64,000 bases of DNA, from contig OX597838.1 in assembly GCA_951406725.2 (NCBI GenBank), forward strand, positions 26,846,001-26,910,000. The letters run 5' to 3'. How positions within the stretch are numbered: position 1 is the stretch's first letter; each line of letters starts with the position of its first letter. Position numbers and translations under genes: made by a program. Below the pieces are notes generated by a model. It ran no database searches and was not told where the DNA came from. It was given only the letters and a program-made list of their open reading frames with translations. The stretch is from Octopus vulgaris. Taxonomy: Eukaryota. Shown one piece after another: positions 27,748-39,627 of the stretch.

Positions 27748-28733
27748 GGCGTTGAGCTGGTAGAATGACTGGAACGTCGGATAAAATGCTTAGGAATTAC
27801 GCCTTCCGGATCTTTACATTCTGAGTTCATATCCTGGTGAGGTCAACTTTGCTTTTCATCTTCTCAGAGTCGATAAAATTAATACCGGTCATGTACTGGG
27901 ATCAATGCAATCAACTACAGCACCCTTAAAAAAATTGGCTGTCGGATAAAATGCTTAGGAATTACGCCTTCCGGTTCTTTACATTCTGAGTTCATATCCT
28001 GGTGAGGTCAACTTTGCTTTTCATCTTCTCAGAGTCGATAAAATTAATACCAGTCATGTACTGGGATCAAAGCAATCTACTACAGCACCCTTAAAAAAAA
28101 TTGGCTGTCGGATAAAATGCTTAGGAATTACGCCTTCCGGTTCTTTACATTCTGAGTTCATATCCTGGTGAGGTCAACTTTGCTTTTCATCTTCTCAGAG
28201 TCGATAAAATTAATACCAGTCATGTACTGGGATCACGCCTTCCGGTTCTTTACATTCTGAGTTCATATCCTGGTGAGGTCAACTTTGCTTTTCATCTTCT
28301 CAGAGTCGATAAAATTAATACCGGTCATGTACTGGGATCAATGCAATCAACTACAGCACCCTTAAAAAAAATTGGCTGTCGGATAAAATGCTTAGGAATT
28401 ACGCCTTCCGGTTCTTTACATTCTGAGTTCATATCCTGGTGAGGTCAACTTTGCTTTTCATCTTCTCAGAGTCGATAAAATTAATACCAGTCATGTACTG
28501 AGATCAATGCAATCAACTACAGCACCCTTAAAAAAAATTGGCTGTCGGATAAAATGCTTAGGAATTACGCCTTCTGGTTCTTTACATTCTGAGTTCATAT
28601 CCTGGTGAGGTCAACTTTGCTTTTCATCTTCTCAGAGTCGATAAAATTAATACCAGTCGTGTACTGGGATCAATGCAATCAACTAAAGCACCCCTAAAAA
28701 AAAAATGGCTACCATCAAGCCAAAATTTGAAAC
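27748..28733 (+). repeat. 6-unit tandem array (~165 bp) amplified from one diverged SINE B copy
   Basis: GTCGGATAAAATG at 27776, 27941, 28107, 28378, 28544, plus a truncated unit at ~28235. Confidence 0.92.
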
Positions 28734-29261
28734 AACTTTCTGTTGTGTTGTTGCCTTTACTGAACTCAGAAAGCAAAATATGCTGAATATGCTCCGTTGT
28801 CACTTCTATTACAGATTTGAAAAAATAACTTAAAACTGAACTGCAATCTTTAAAACTTACACAAGGTAACAGTACTACCTGCTTTTATAGCAAGTTAATG
28901 CAGGGAGTTTATCCCACTCTCTCCAACATTTAGTTCACGCAACTGAAAAAAATCACATTATTTATGGGCGGACCCAATATTACTATTATGGCGACAAACT
29001 AGCAAAATTATTGGAGTATTGGATAATATGATCGGTGGTATTTCTTCCGGCTCTTTACATTCTCAATTCATATCCTGCCAAGGTCAACTTTAGCTTTCAT
29101 CCACTCAGAGTAGATAAAATAAAGTACCAGTCAAGTACTGGAGTCAATGGAACCAACCAACACCCACTCCCTTCCCTCAAAAATTGATGGCCTTGTACTC
29201 AAATTTGAAACAATTACTATAATGATGATAATAATAACAATAATAACAATAACAATTATTA

Positions 29262-32007
29262 GAATGTCGTCAGGCGCTCACAGCCATCTGTCAGTCGAGC
29301 AATGGGATCGGTAGATGTTCTGCTTTAGGAATTTATAGAGGATTAGTGGCAGGCAAGTGTGACAATGTTCTTGGGGAGACTCTGGGCGCCAACAAGAACA
29401 AACTGGCTAGTCTGTTCCAAGGGACTTTCTGGTCAGGAACTATCATGGATAATATCCAGATGTCCTTGGCAGGCATGGATGTGCTGTCAGATGGGCTTGT
29501 CCAAGGTGCATGCAGAATGATGAAACCGTTCTACATGCCCTCATTCAGTGTTAGGGTATTGCTGACTTGTGGGATTATGTCGAACAGCTGCTGTCAGATG
29601 GGCTTGTCCAAGGTGCATGCAGAATGATGAAACCGTTCTACATGCCCTCATTCAGTGTTAGGGTATTGCTGACTTGTGGGATTATGTTGAACAGCTGCTG
29701 TCAGATGGGCTTGTCCAAGGTGCATGCAGAATGATGAAACCGTTCTACATGCCCTCATTCAGTGTTAGGGTATTGCTGACTTGTGGGATTATGTCGAACA
29801 GCTGCTGTCAGATGGGCTTGTCCAAGGTGCATGCAGAATGATGAAACCGTTCTACATGCCCTCATTCAGTGTTAGGGTATTGCTGACTTGTGGGATTATG
29901 TCGAACAGCTGCTGTCAGATGGGCTTGTCCAAGGTGCATGCAGAATGATGAAACCGTTCTACATGCCCTCATTCAGTGTTAGGGCATTGCTGACTTGTGG
30001 GATTATGTCGAACAGCTGCTGTCAGATGGGCTTGTCCAAGGTGCATGCAGAATGATGAAACCGTTCTACATGCCCTCATTCAGTGTTAGGGTATTGCTGA
30101 CTTGTGGGATTATGTCGAACAGCTGCTGTCAGATGGGCTTGTCCAAGGTGCATGCAGAATGATGAAACCGTTCTACATGCCCTCATTCAGTGTTAGGGTA
30201 TTGCTGACTTGTGGGATTATGTCGAACAGCTGCTGTCAGATGGGCTTGTCCAAGGTGCATGCAGAATGATGAAACCGTTCTACATGCCCTCATTCAGTGT
30301 TAGGGTATTGCTGACTTGTGGGATTATGTCGAACAGCTGCTGTCAGATGGGCTTGTCCAAGGTGCATGCAGAATGATGAAACCGTTCTACATGCCCTCAT
30401 TCAGTGTTAGGGTATTGCTGACTTGTGGGATTATGTCGAACAGCTGCTGTCAGATGGGCTTGTCCAAGGTGCATGCAGAATGATGAAACCGTTCTACATG
30501 CCCTCATTCAGTGTTAGGGTATTGCTGACTTGTGGGATTATGTCGAACAGCTGCTGTCAGATGGGCTTGTCCAAGGTGCATGCAGAATGATGAAACCGTT
30601 CTACATGCCCTCATTCAGTGTTAGGTATTGCTGACTTGTGGGATTATGTCGAACAGCTGCTGTCAGATGGGCTTGTCCAAGGTGCATGCAGAATGATGAA
30701 ACCGTTCTACATGCCCTCATTCAGTGTTAGGGCATTGCTGACTTGTGGGATTATGTCGAACAGCTGCTGTCAGATGGGCTTGTCCAAGGTGCATGCAGAA
30801 TGATGAAACCATTCTACATGCCCTCATTCAGTGTTAGGGTATTGCTGACTTGTGGGATTATGTCGAACAGCTGCTGTCAGATGGGCTTGTCCAAGGTGCA
30901 TGCAGAATGATGAAACCGTTCTACATGCCCTCATTCAGTGTTAGGGCATTGCCGACTTGTGGGATTATGTCGAACAGCTGCTGTCAGATGGGCTTGTCCA
31001 AGGTGCATGCAGAATGATGAAACCGTTCTACATGCCCTCATTCAGTGTTAGGGTATTGCTGACTTGTGGGATTATGTCGAACAGCTGCTGTCAGATGGGC
31101 TTGTCCAAGGTGCATGCAGAATGATGAAACCATTCTACATGCCCTCATTCAGTGTTAGGGCATTGCTGACTTGTGGGATTATGTCGAACAGCTGCTGTCA
31201 GATGGGCTTGTCCAAGGTGCATGCAGAATGATGAAACCGTTCTACATGCCCTCATTCAGTGTTAGGGTATTGCTGACTTGTGGGATTATGTCGAACAGCT
31301 GCTGTCAGATGGGCTTGTCCAAGGTGCATGCAGAATGATGAAACCATTCTACATGCCCTCATTCAGTGTTAGGGCATTGCCGACTTGTGGGATTATGTCG
31401 AACAGCTGCTGTCACGTGGCACAGATCTGGCTGTCGGCCAAGCCAGTGGTGATGATTGCACTGCTGTCCTCCTTCAATTGGGCAGGCAAGGCAATTTTCT
31501 TTTGCCTGGTGGCTGTGGTTAAAGAGATTGTCTAGTGGATGAGGCTGAAAGGCATGAGTACAGACACATTCCTCTCTGGTAGAGCTCTCATTTGACTTCT
31601 TCAAGTTTCACTTGAAAAGGAGATTGAGAGTGGAGAGGGAAGTGCTGTCCTCGACTGAGTTTATTGAAGGTGGGTGAAAGTTGCAAAAATGGCCAGAGTG
31701 GATGGTATTTCTCTAAGTATAGACCTGTGGGTTGGAGAGAGCACTTGCTCCTGGGGTTCAGAGAAATCTCAGACAGTAGGGTTCCTCGATTATCCATAGA
31801 GGCATTCCTGTATCAGGAGGGCCACATCTCTATCATTCTCCCTGCCATTTTTTTTTTACCTTTGTATGCTATTCATACGTCCCTTCTTTTTCAGTGTATA
31901 CCTTTTTTTTTTTGTTGTCATTTCATTATTATATGTAAACCTTCACACTTTATGTCTGTCTCTGTATTGTCCCCCTCATCTGTCGCCCTTGTGGCAAATA
32001 AATGAAA
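29262..32007 (+). mobile_element. 5'-truncated Tx1/L1-clade LINE (ORF2 C-terminus + 3' UTR), inactivated, containing an internal tandem array
   Basis: ECRQAL...MDNIQMSLA / RHGCAVRWACPRCMQNDETVLHALIQC*GIADLWDYVEQLLS...GKAIFFCLVAVVKE...FKFHLKRRLRVEREVLSS...RWVKVAKMA across frameshifts; CCHC (zf-RVT-like) knuckle; tail CCCTTGTGGCAAATAAATGAAAT. Confidence 0.85.
29485..31414 (+). repeat. 18 x 107-bp near-identical tandem array
   Basis: TGTCA unit starts at 29485, 29592, 29699 ... end 31410 (1925 bp = 18x107 minus a 1-bp deletion at ~30624). Confidence 0.97.
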
Positions 32008-32533
32008 TCCTCATCCTCATCATCATTATTATTATTATTACTACCAACAAGGTAGCAAGCTGGCAGAACTGTTTGCATGCCAGGCAAAATGCTTAGAGGC
32101 ATTTTGATTGTCTTTACATTATGAGTTCAAACACCACTGAGGTCCAACTTTGGCCTTCATCCTTTCGGGGTCGATGAAATAACTTAGTGGTTCAGCAAAA
32201 GGAGACAGACAGATTAAGTATGTGGCTAAAAGAGAAAATACAATTAACAGGGTTGATTTGTTCGGCTGAACCCTTCAAGGCAGGGTTTAGGATGTTTGGC
32301 TCAGGATCATAAATACAAGGGTTCAATTCCTGGATAAGGTAACATGTTTATTACCTTGAGCAAGGCACTTCATTTCAGATTATCACATTACTCAGATGAG
32401 AAAGAGTACCATTCAAATGCTTATATAGCTCTCTCTCAGTAGCTGGCACATCCCAAATCCTGACTGTGCCACATGATCAATGAGTGGGAGGGCTAAAAGG
32501 ACATGTGTTTGTCTGCTTGTGACTACACAGGTA

Positions 32534-32746
32534 CTCTCTCTTTTACTCTTTTACTTGTTTCAGTCATTTGACTGCGGCCATGCTGGAGCACCGCCTTTAG
32601 TCGAGCAAATCGACCCCGGGACTTATTCTTTGTAAGCCTAGTACTTATTCTATCGGTCTCTTTTGCCGAACCGCTAAGTGACGGGGACGTAAACACACCA
32701 GCATCGGTTGTCAATCAATGCTAGGGGGACAAACACAGTCTCACAA

Positions 32747-32779
<33 letters not shown>

Positions 32780-32942
32780 CGACGGGCTTCTTTCAGTTTC
32801 CGTCTACCAAATCCACTCACAAAGCTTTGGTCGACCCGAGGCTATAGTAGAAGACACTTGCCCAAGGTGCCACGCAGTGGGACTGAACCCGAAACCATGT
32901 GGTTGGTAAGCAAGCTACTTACCACACAGCCACTCCAGCGCC
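32534..32942 (-). mobile_element. SINE family A, young full-length copy
   Basis: CpG-intact, closest to the apparent consensus. Confidence 0.92.
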
Positions 32943-33022
32943 TAAAAAAATTAATAAAAGCATGATTCATATGCTACCAGGCTATACTCGTTCATAGATG
33001 ATGACTGGCACTTTTCATGCAT

Positions 33023-33060
<38 letters not shown>

Positions 33061-33072
33061 ACATACATACAT

Positions 33073-33105
<33 letters not shown>

Positions 33106-33593
33106 TATGTGCATACATACATAGATTGATAGAGTAGGGGGAGGTGAGGTGTACAGGTATGAAACCCTTTAAATTGATACTAAGGTTTCACTTAAGTACT
33201 ACTAATGCAGATATTTATAATCTTCACAAAACGGAAAGGAAGAAAGGAACACTTAATGGATACCATGACATAGGTATGGTTTCACGATCAGGTTACCTAT
33301 GTTTAATCACACACAGACACACAAACATACATACATATATATACACACATATACACACGCATTCATGTATAAACATATACATACATACATATACACATGC
33401 AGTCATATATATATATACATACATACATATATACATGCAGTCATATATATATATACATACATACATATATACACACACACACACACATACATTTTTATAC
33501 ACACACACACATACATATAAGATCCACAGACTCCACCATCCTCAAAGCTTGTTTTGAGAACTCAAATGTTTTTACATGTAAAATAAGTAGGGT

Positions 33594-33633
<40 letters not shown>

Positions 33634-34022
33634 ATATATTTTTTTTGGGCTTCAGTCATTAGATGGGGGCCATGCTTAGGGGTGCCATCTGGAAGGGTTT
33701 TAGTCATTCATATCAACTCCTGCTACTTATTTCAGCAACTTACATTCACCACACTAAGTCATGTGACATAAGCACAGACAGGGTTTGTTTTTTGTTTTTT
33801 TCAAGTTGAGTCAGACATAAATATAAACATAGATACAAATACACAAACACACACACACACTCTCTCTCTCACTCACTCCCTAATCATTACATTAGTATTT
33901 CCATGTCACAATGCCATTAGTAGCAGCAATACTATCATCAATAAGTATTAACAACATACAGAATTAAGTTAATACTCATATCTCCTCAATCATATTAATT
34001 TTACGAAATTGTCTGCTATAAT

Positions 34023-34618
34023 TTAACCCTTTCGTTACTGTATTTATTTTGAGATGCTCTGTGTTTCTTTCAATTACTTTAAATACAACAAAGAACTAGC
34101 AGTATAGCTCGGGTTTGTTTCAACCCTTTAGAATAGAAATTTTTGAAAAGTAAACATTTTGCATTATGTACTCTTTAAGTGAACATTTTTCTGGTTGAAA
34201 TACACTGAAAAATGGCAACACAGCAGTCAAAAAATCGTTAAAAAAATAGGGATTTTCATAGAAAAAAAGGAATTTTTTGATGTAAATAATTTTTGGTGTT
34301 AACATGGTCTGATTTGAATTTTTTCTTCTACGGAAGGAAAAGCAAGCTTCTACCATACTCTCAATTTTGGTCAACTTGCGCCGCAGGGTCTCGGAGGAGA
34401 TAGTGTTAGTTGAAGGCTACAAAACCTGCCATACACAGACGACTTCAGCTTAATATATGTAGATTTAGTAAAATAACTTAGTTATCATCAAGCTAGTGTT
34501 AGGAATACAAATTGCGACTAAGGTTTGGTGGAAGATTTTAATTCAAAACTAATGAAAACAAGACATTTTTACTCAGAGCCAGAGCTGGTTTCAGCAGGGT
34601 TGGTAATGAAAGGGTTAA
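34023..34618. mobile_element. piggyBac-like MITE family 1 carrying a nested Helitron
   Basis: TTAA|CCCTTTC ... GAAAGGG|TTAA. Confidence 0.8.
34096..34463 (-). mobile_element. Non-autonomous Helitron
   Basis: Minus strand begins TC, ends CTAG; sits between A and T of AAAGAA|TTTAGT with no TSD (empty site in the paralogous MITE at ~7681-7695); paralog at 56564-56955. Confidence 0.85.
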
Positions 34619-34864
34619 GTCTTTTTTTCCTGATTTATCCAATGTACTGTACATGTATTTTTGGCTGTCATTGTTTGACCTTTTCCTACATTTCTGTTCC
34701 TGCTTTTACGCTTTACTGATGAGCTGTAGCACTTCTGAGCACTTTACACAATAAACTCATTGTTTTAAAGGTGATGAACTGACGGAATTATTATTAGTGC
34801 ATTGGACAAAAATGTTTAGTGGCATATCTTCCGATTCTTTGCTGCCAACTGGGGAATTTTGCTC

Positions 34865-35079
34865 TCCTTTACTCCTTTACTTGTTTCAGTCATTTGACTG
34901 CGGCCATGCTGGAGCACCGCCTTTAGTCAAGCAATTCGACCCCGGGACTTATTCTTTGTAAGCCCAGTACTTATTCCATCCGTCTCTTTTTGCCGAACCG
35001 CTAAGTGACGGGGACGTAAACACACCAGCATCAGTTGTCAAGCAATGCTAGGGAGACAAACACAGACACACAAACACAT

Positions 35080-35146
<67 letters not shown>

Positions 35147-35670
35147 TACGACAGGCTTCTTTCAGTTTCCGTCTACCAAATCCACTCACAAGGCATTGGT
35201 CGGCCTGGGGCTATAGCAGAAGACACTTGCCCAAGATGCCACGCAGTGGGACTGAACCCAGAACCATGTGGTTGGTTAGCAAGCTACTTACCACACAGCC
35301 ACTCTTGCTATCAACAATTTTTTAGTAATTACCACCACATTAGCAAAGGCAGAGGTATTGTCTTCAGTTGTGTTTGTTTGTCCATGGACAAGATATCTCA
35401 AAAACTGCTGGATGGATTCGGATGAAACTTTCAGAAATTGAAAGAAGCCCGTCGTGTATATATATATGTGTGTGTGTGTGTGTGTCCCACCATCACTTGA
35501 CAACCAATGGTGGTGTGTCTACGTCCCCATAACTTAGCAGTTCAGCAAAAGAGACCAATAGAATAAGTACTTGGCTTACAAAGAATAAGTCCTGGGGATG
35601 ATTTATTCGACTAAAGGCAGTGCTCCAGCATGGCCGTAGTCAAATGACTCAAAACGAAGAATAAAGAATA
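34865..35670. mobile_element. SINE A (minus, 34865-35308), Helentron-like fragment (35328-35435) and 5'-truncated SINE A (plus, 35437-35670)
   Basis: Homology to other copies in the window. Confidence 0.8.
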
Positions 35671-37169
35671 TATATATGTATTTTAGTATTTTGGTTAGAC
35701 ACTGCAAGACTACTAAGCTGGCGTAGAACTCAATACACGTATGTTTCAGAACAAAGTGATAGATGAGTTTAGAACAGTAACAAGAAGAAGAGGTGACACA
35801 GGAGAAACAATGGTTATGTTATGAACAGCATTGGCTTACAGTTGTTTCTGCTACATTTGAGTGCCTGATAACATCCTATACTTCAATAGAAACCTCGAAT
35901 ATGAAATGCAATTTATGTGGCGGGGGGGGGGGGGTTACATTTTTGGAATATACAGGGAAAACTTTACTAGTGAGAAAGTCATTGCTGAGGTATATGGAAT
36001 AGTGTGTCCAAAAGGCAGTTAGATTGTATCTATATGTATGTATTTCGTTTTGGGATTTGGTTTGCAAGATTCTTTACATGAGTTCGTGTGATGAAGCATA
36101 TCCTGTTGTGTCTGCGGAGAGTCATTCTCTTTTATTGCCTTATAATTTAACACACACACACACACACACACACACCGGTAAAATTTCCACTTATTTCTTA
36201 TTTTCATTTTCCTAAAATTTTCGTTGCATTTTGCAACCTTCTCAATAGTCTTATATATATATATATGAATATACACGCACAATATATATATATATTTTAT
36301 ATACACATATATCTCAAGTATATGAGTGTTATGGTTTCCATGCACAAACTCTAAAGTGCCCATACTTAGTTCTGCTAAAGTGTAATGTCTGTGCTAATGT
36401 GATGTGTCTAAGTACTTAATTAAAACCATGTGCATTTAATTGCACTGTTACACACACACACATTCACTCATTACTAATTTACTTGCTTTCACCAATGAAC
36501 TGTGGCCATGCTGGGGTACTACCTTCAAGGGTTCATGCTGACCCCCGTGTTAATTTTAAGTCTGTCACATTTTATGGGTTTCTATCTGTTGAACTTCTAG
36601 GTTGTGGGACTTAAGCATAAAATGGAGAAGGCGCATTGATACACATATGTAAGTGCATGCATGGCTGCTAGAAATAATAGCCAAATCTGTTAATCACAAC
36701 CTAGCTTCTAGAACAGAACAGGAAGAACATCAGATAATGTAGTCCTAGGCAACCTTACACATAGGATAAATCAGGCTTGATTTGGAAGGCAGCTAAATCA
36801 TAACTAAACTGAGCTTCTATAAACCTGCTAGAAATAGTAGCCATAACACCCTACCAACCACTTAACCAACAATTTGATAAGCAAATTAAGAAAGAGGCGT
36901 GGCTGTTTCCGGGTTCAGTCCCACTGCCTGGCACCTTGGGCAAGCGTCTTCTGCTACAGCTTTGGACTGACCAAAGCTTTGTGAGTGGCTTTGGTAAATG
37001 GAAACTGAAAGATGCCCATTGTATATATAAATATATAAACACACACATGTCTTTGTGTCTGTGTTCGTCCCCCCACAACCATCACTGCTTGACAACTGAT
37101 GTTGGTGTGTTTACATCCCCATAACCTAGCAGTTCAGCAAAAGAGACCAATAGAATAAGTACCAGGCTT

Positions 37170-37446
37170 AAAAAAAAAAATTAAAATCTCAGAGTCAATT
37201 TCATCATCATCATCGTTTAACGTCCGCTTTCCATGCTAGCATGGGTTGGACGATTTTGACTGAGGGCTGGCGAACCAGATGGCTGCACCAGGCTCCAATC
37301 TTGATTTGGCAGAGATTGGAGCCTGGTGCAGCCATCTGGTTCGCCAGGCCTCAGTCAAAATCGTCCAACCCATGCTAGCATGGAAAGCGGACGTTAAACG
37401 ATGATGATGATGATGAAATTGACCCTGAGATTTAAATTTTTTTTTT
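37170..37446. repeat. Fold-back inverted duplication (~132-bp arms, 11-nt loop) of a family E 3' end plus its flank, inside SINE A (36905-37490)
   Basis: Arms 37170-37301 and 37313-37446 are reverse complements with few mismatches. Confidence 0.95.
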
Positions 37447-38299
37447 ACCCTTCAAGGCTGTGCTCCAGCTTGACTGAAACAAATAAAAGAACAAAAATAA
37501 TAAAATGAAAAAAAAAATCAACGACATAAAGAACCCTAATTCGACAAGGGTTTACATTTAAAGATTCCAGGAAACATTAAATGCCAATCAGTGTTTCCTG
37601 CTCTGCCATGGAGACACAGAACCATTTCCTGCTTGGAGCAAATTTCAAAGTTATTTCGAACAATAGCGTAGAGAAGGAAGACGTGATCTTATCAACCACC
37701 GTCGACACCATCGCTACTAGCATTACTGTTGCTACTACTGCTGCTACTACTACAATACTACTTATCGGTACTGTTACTATTCCTACTACCATCAACACTT
37801 TAGCAAACCCACCGTCACTACTACCACAACTACTGTTACCATTTATCGGTACTATTGCTGTTCCTACTACCACCACCACCATCGCTAACCATTGCTTACA
37901 CCACTGCCATTGTTCAAGTACAGCATTATCATCATGACCACATCCACCTTGGCCACCACTGCCCAACCAACACTGCTCAATAACAATACTACCACCACCA
38001 CCACCACTACAACCATCAACAACAAGAAGAACAAAATGACTGCCGTTGCTCGGTTACAACACTACCATTATCATCATCATCATCACCACCATTCCTCATT
38101 TCCACCATCACCATTGCACAGTCACAACCTTTACCATTATCACCACCACCACTACCATCATCATGAAAGTGTGTAGTTTAGTGGTTAGGATGCTGCATTC
38201 ATGATTGCCAGATCGTAGGTTCGAATCCCGGACTGGGCAGCATGTGTTCTTGAGCAAAACACTTCATTACACGATGCTCGCGTGCTGTGTAAAGGACCA

Positions 38300-38540
38300 T
38301 CATGGTAAAGAATGGACCCTGATATTTCCTGTGTTATGAAGAGCAACTAAAAGATTTTGAAGTAGGATTTGTACTCAGACTGTGTAAAAACCTTCACCAG
38401 CAACAGCTACCCAAAACAGACCCATGGATTGGAAGGTTATCTCTTGAGTGGTACAGAGACATCATCTAACAGGAGTTGAAGGGAATCACCAAGAAATTGT
38501 GGATGCAGCAATGCACTCTTACAGTGCATTCCCTCATACA
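38300..38540 (+). repeat. Unclassified dispersed repeat, diverged paralog at ~39733-39968
   Basis: Shared AAAGAATGGACCC, GCAACTAAAAGA, CTACCCAAAACAGACCCAT, GTGGATGCAG, TTACAGTGCA blocks. Confidence 0.7.
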
Positions 38541-38949
38541 ACTGGCTCTGTTGCTAGTGTGTGTGTGTGTGTGTGTGTAAAGCACCCGGTGCATTCAGTA
38601 GGGTGGTTGGTGTTAGGAAGGGCATCCAGTTGCAAGAACTATGCCAAAACAGACATTAGCTTGGTGTAGTCTTCTACTTGGCCGGCTCCTGCCAAACTGT
38701 CCAACTCCTGCCAGCATGGAAGGCAGACATTAAATGATGCCGACAATGATGATGATGATATATATATATATCATCATCATCATTGTTTAGCGTCCGCTTT
38801 CCATGCTAGCATGGGTTGGACGGTTCAACTGGGGTCTGGGAAGCCAGAAGGCTGCACCAGGCCCAGTCTGATCTGGCAATGTTTCTACAGCTGGATGCCC
38901 TTCCTAATGCCAACCACTCCGTGAGTGTGGTGGGTGCTGAGAGAGAGAG

Positions 38950-39290
38950 AAGGCACATGGCTCAGTGGTTAGCGCACTGAGCTCCCAATCATGAGGTAGT
39001 GAGTTCAATTCCCAGACCAGGCTGTATGTTGTTTTCTTGAGCAAGACACTTTATTTCAGGCTGTTCCACTTCACTCAGCTGTAGAAATGAGTTGTGACGT
39101 CACTGGTGCCAAGCTGTATCGGCCTTTGCCTTTCCCTTGGATAACATCGGTGGCGTGGAGAGGGGGATGCTGGTATGCATGGGCGACTGCTGGTCTTCCA
39201 TAAACAACCTTGCCCAGACTTGTGCTTCAGAGGGTAACTTTTGAGGTGCAATCCTATGGTATTTCATGACCGAAAGGATCTTTACCCTTT
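38950..39290 (+). mobile_element. SINE family C, full length
   Basis: TGGCTCAGTGG / GAGTTCAATTCC; CTTGAGCAAGACACTT...CACTCAGCTGTAGAAATGAGT; paralog at 57038-57378. Confidence 0.88.
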
Positions 39291-39325
39291 ATATGTGTGT
39301 GTGTGTGTGCATGTAAGTGTGTGTG

Positions 39326-39627
39326 TGGAGGCACATGTCCTAATGGTTAGAGCAGCCGACTTGTCGGGAAATCGCAGTTTCGAATCTCAGACTGGGCGAT
39401 GTGTGTGTTTATGAGCGAAACACCTAAGCTCCACACGGCTCCGGCAGAAGATAATTGCGAACTTCTGCTGACTCCTTCGCCACAACTTTCTCTCACTCTT
39501 TCCTCCTGCATCTTGCAGCTCACCTGCGACAGGCCAGTGTCCCGTCCAGGTGGGGAAGCTATACGCCACGGAAACCAGGAAAACGGCCCTTATGAGCCAG
39601 GCATGGCTCGAGAAGGAACAAACAACA
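39326..39627 (+). mobile_element. SINE family D
   Basis: Paralog of 25087-25391; CATGTAAGTGTGT repeated at both flanks. Confidence 0.88.

Noticed and set aside
29485-31414. CRISPR-like array or tandem zinc-finger gene
   Set aside because: Units are contiguous with no unique spacers; each has an in-frame TAG and a 107-bp period that shifts frame
34714-34760. CTGATGAG as a hammerhead core
   Set aside because: No helix II or downstream GAAA; the same holds for CTGATGA at ~15887 and the minus-strand hit at ~25786
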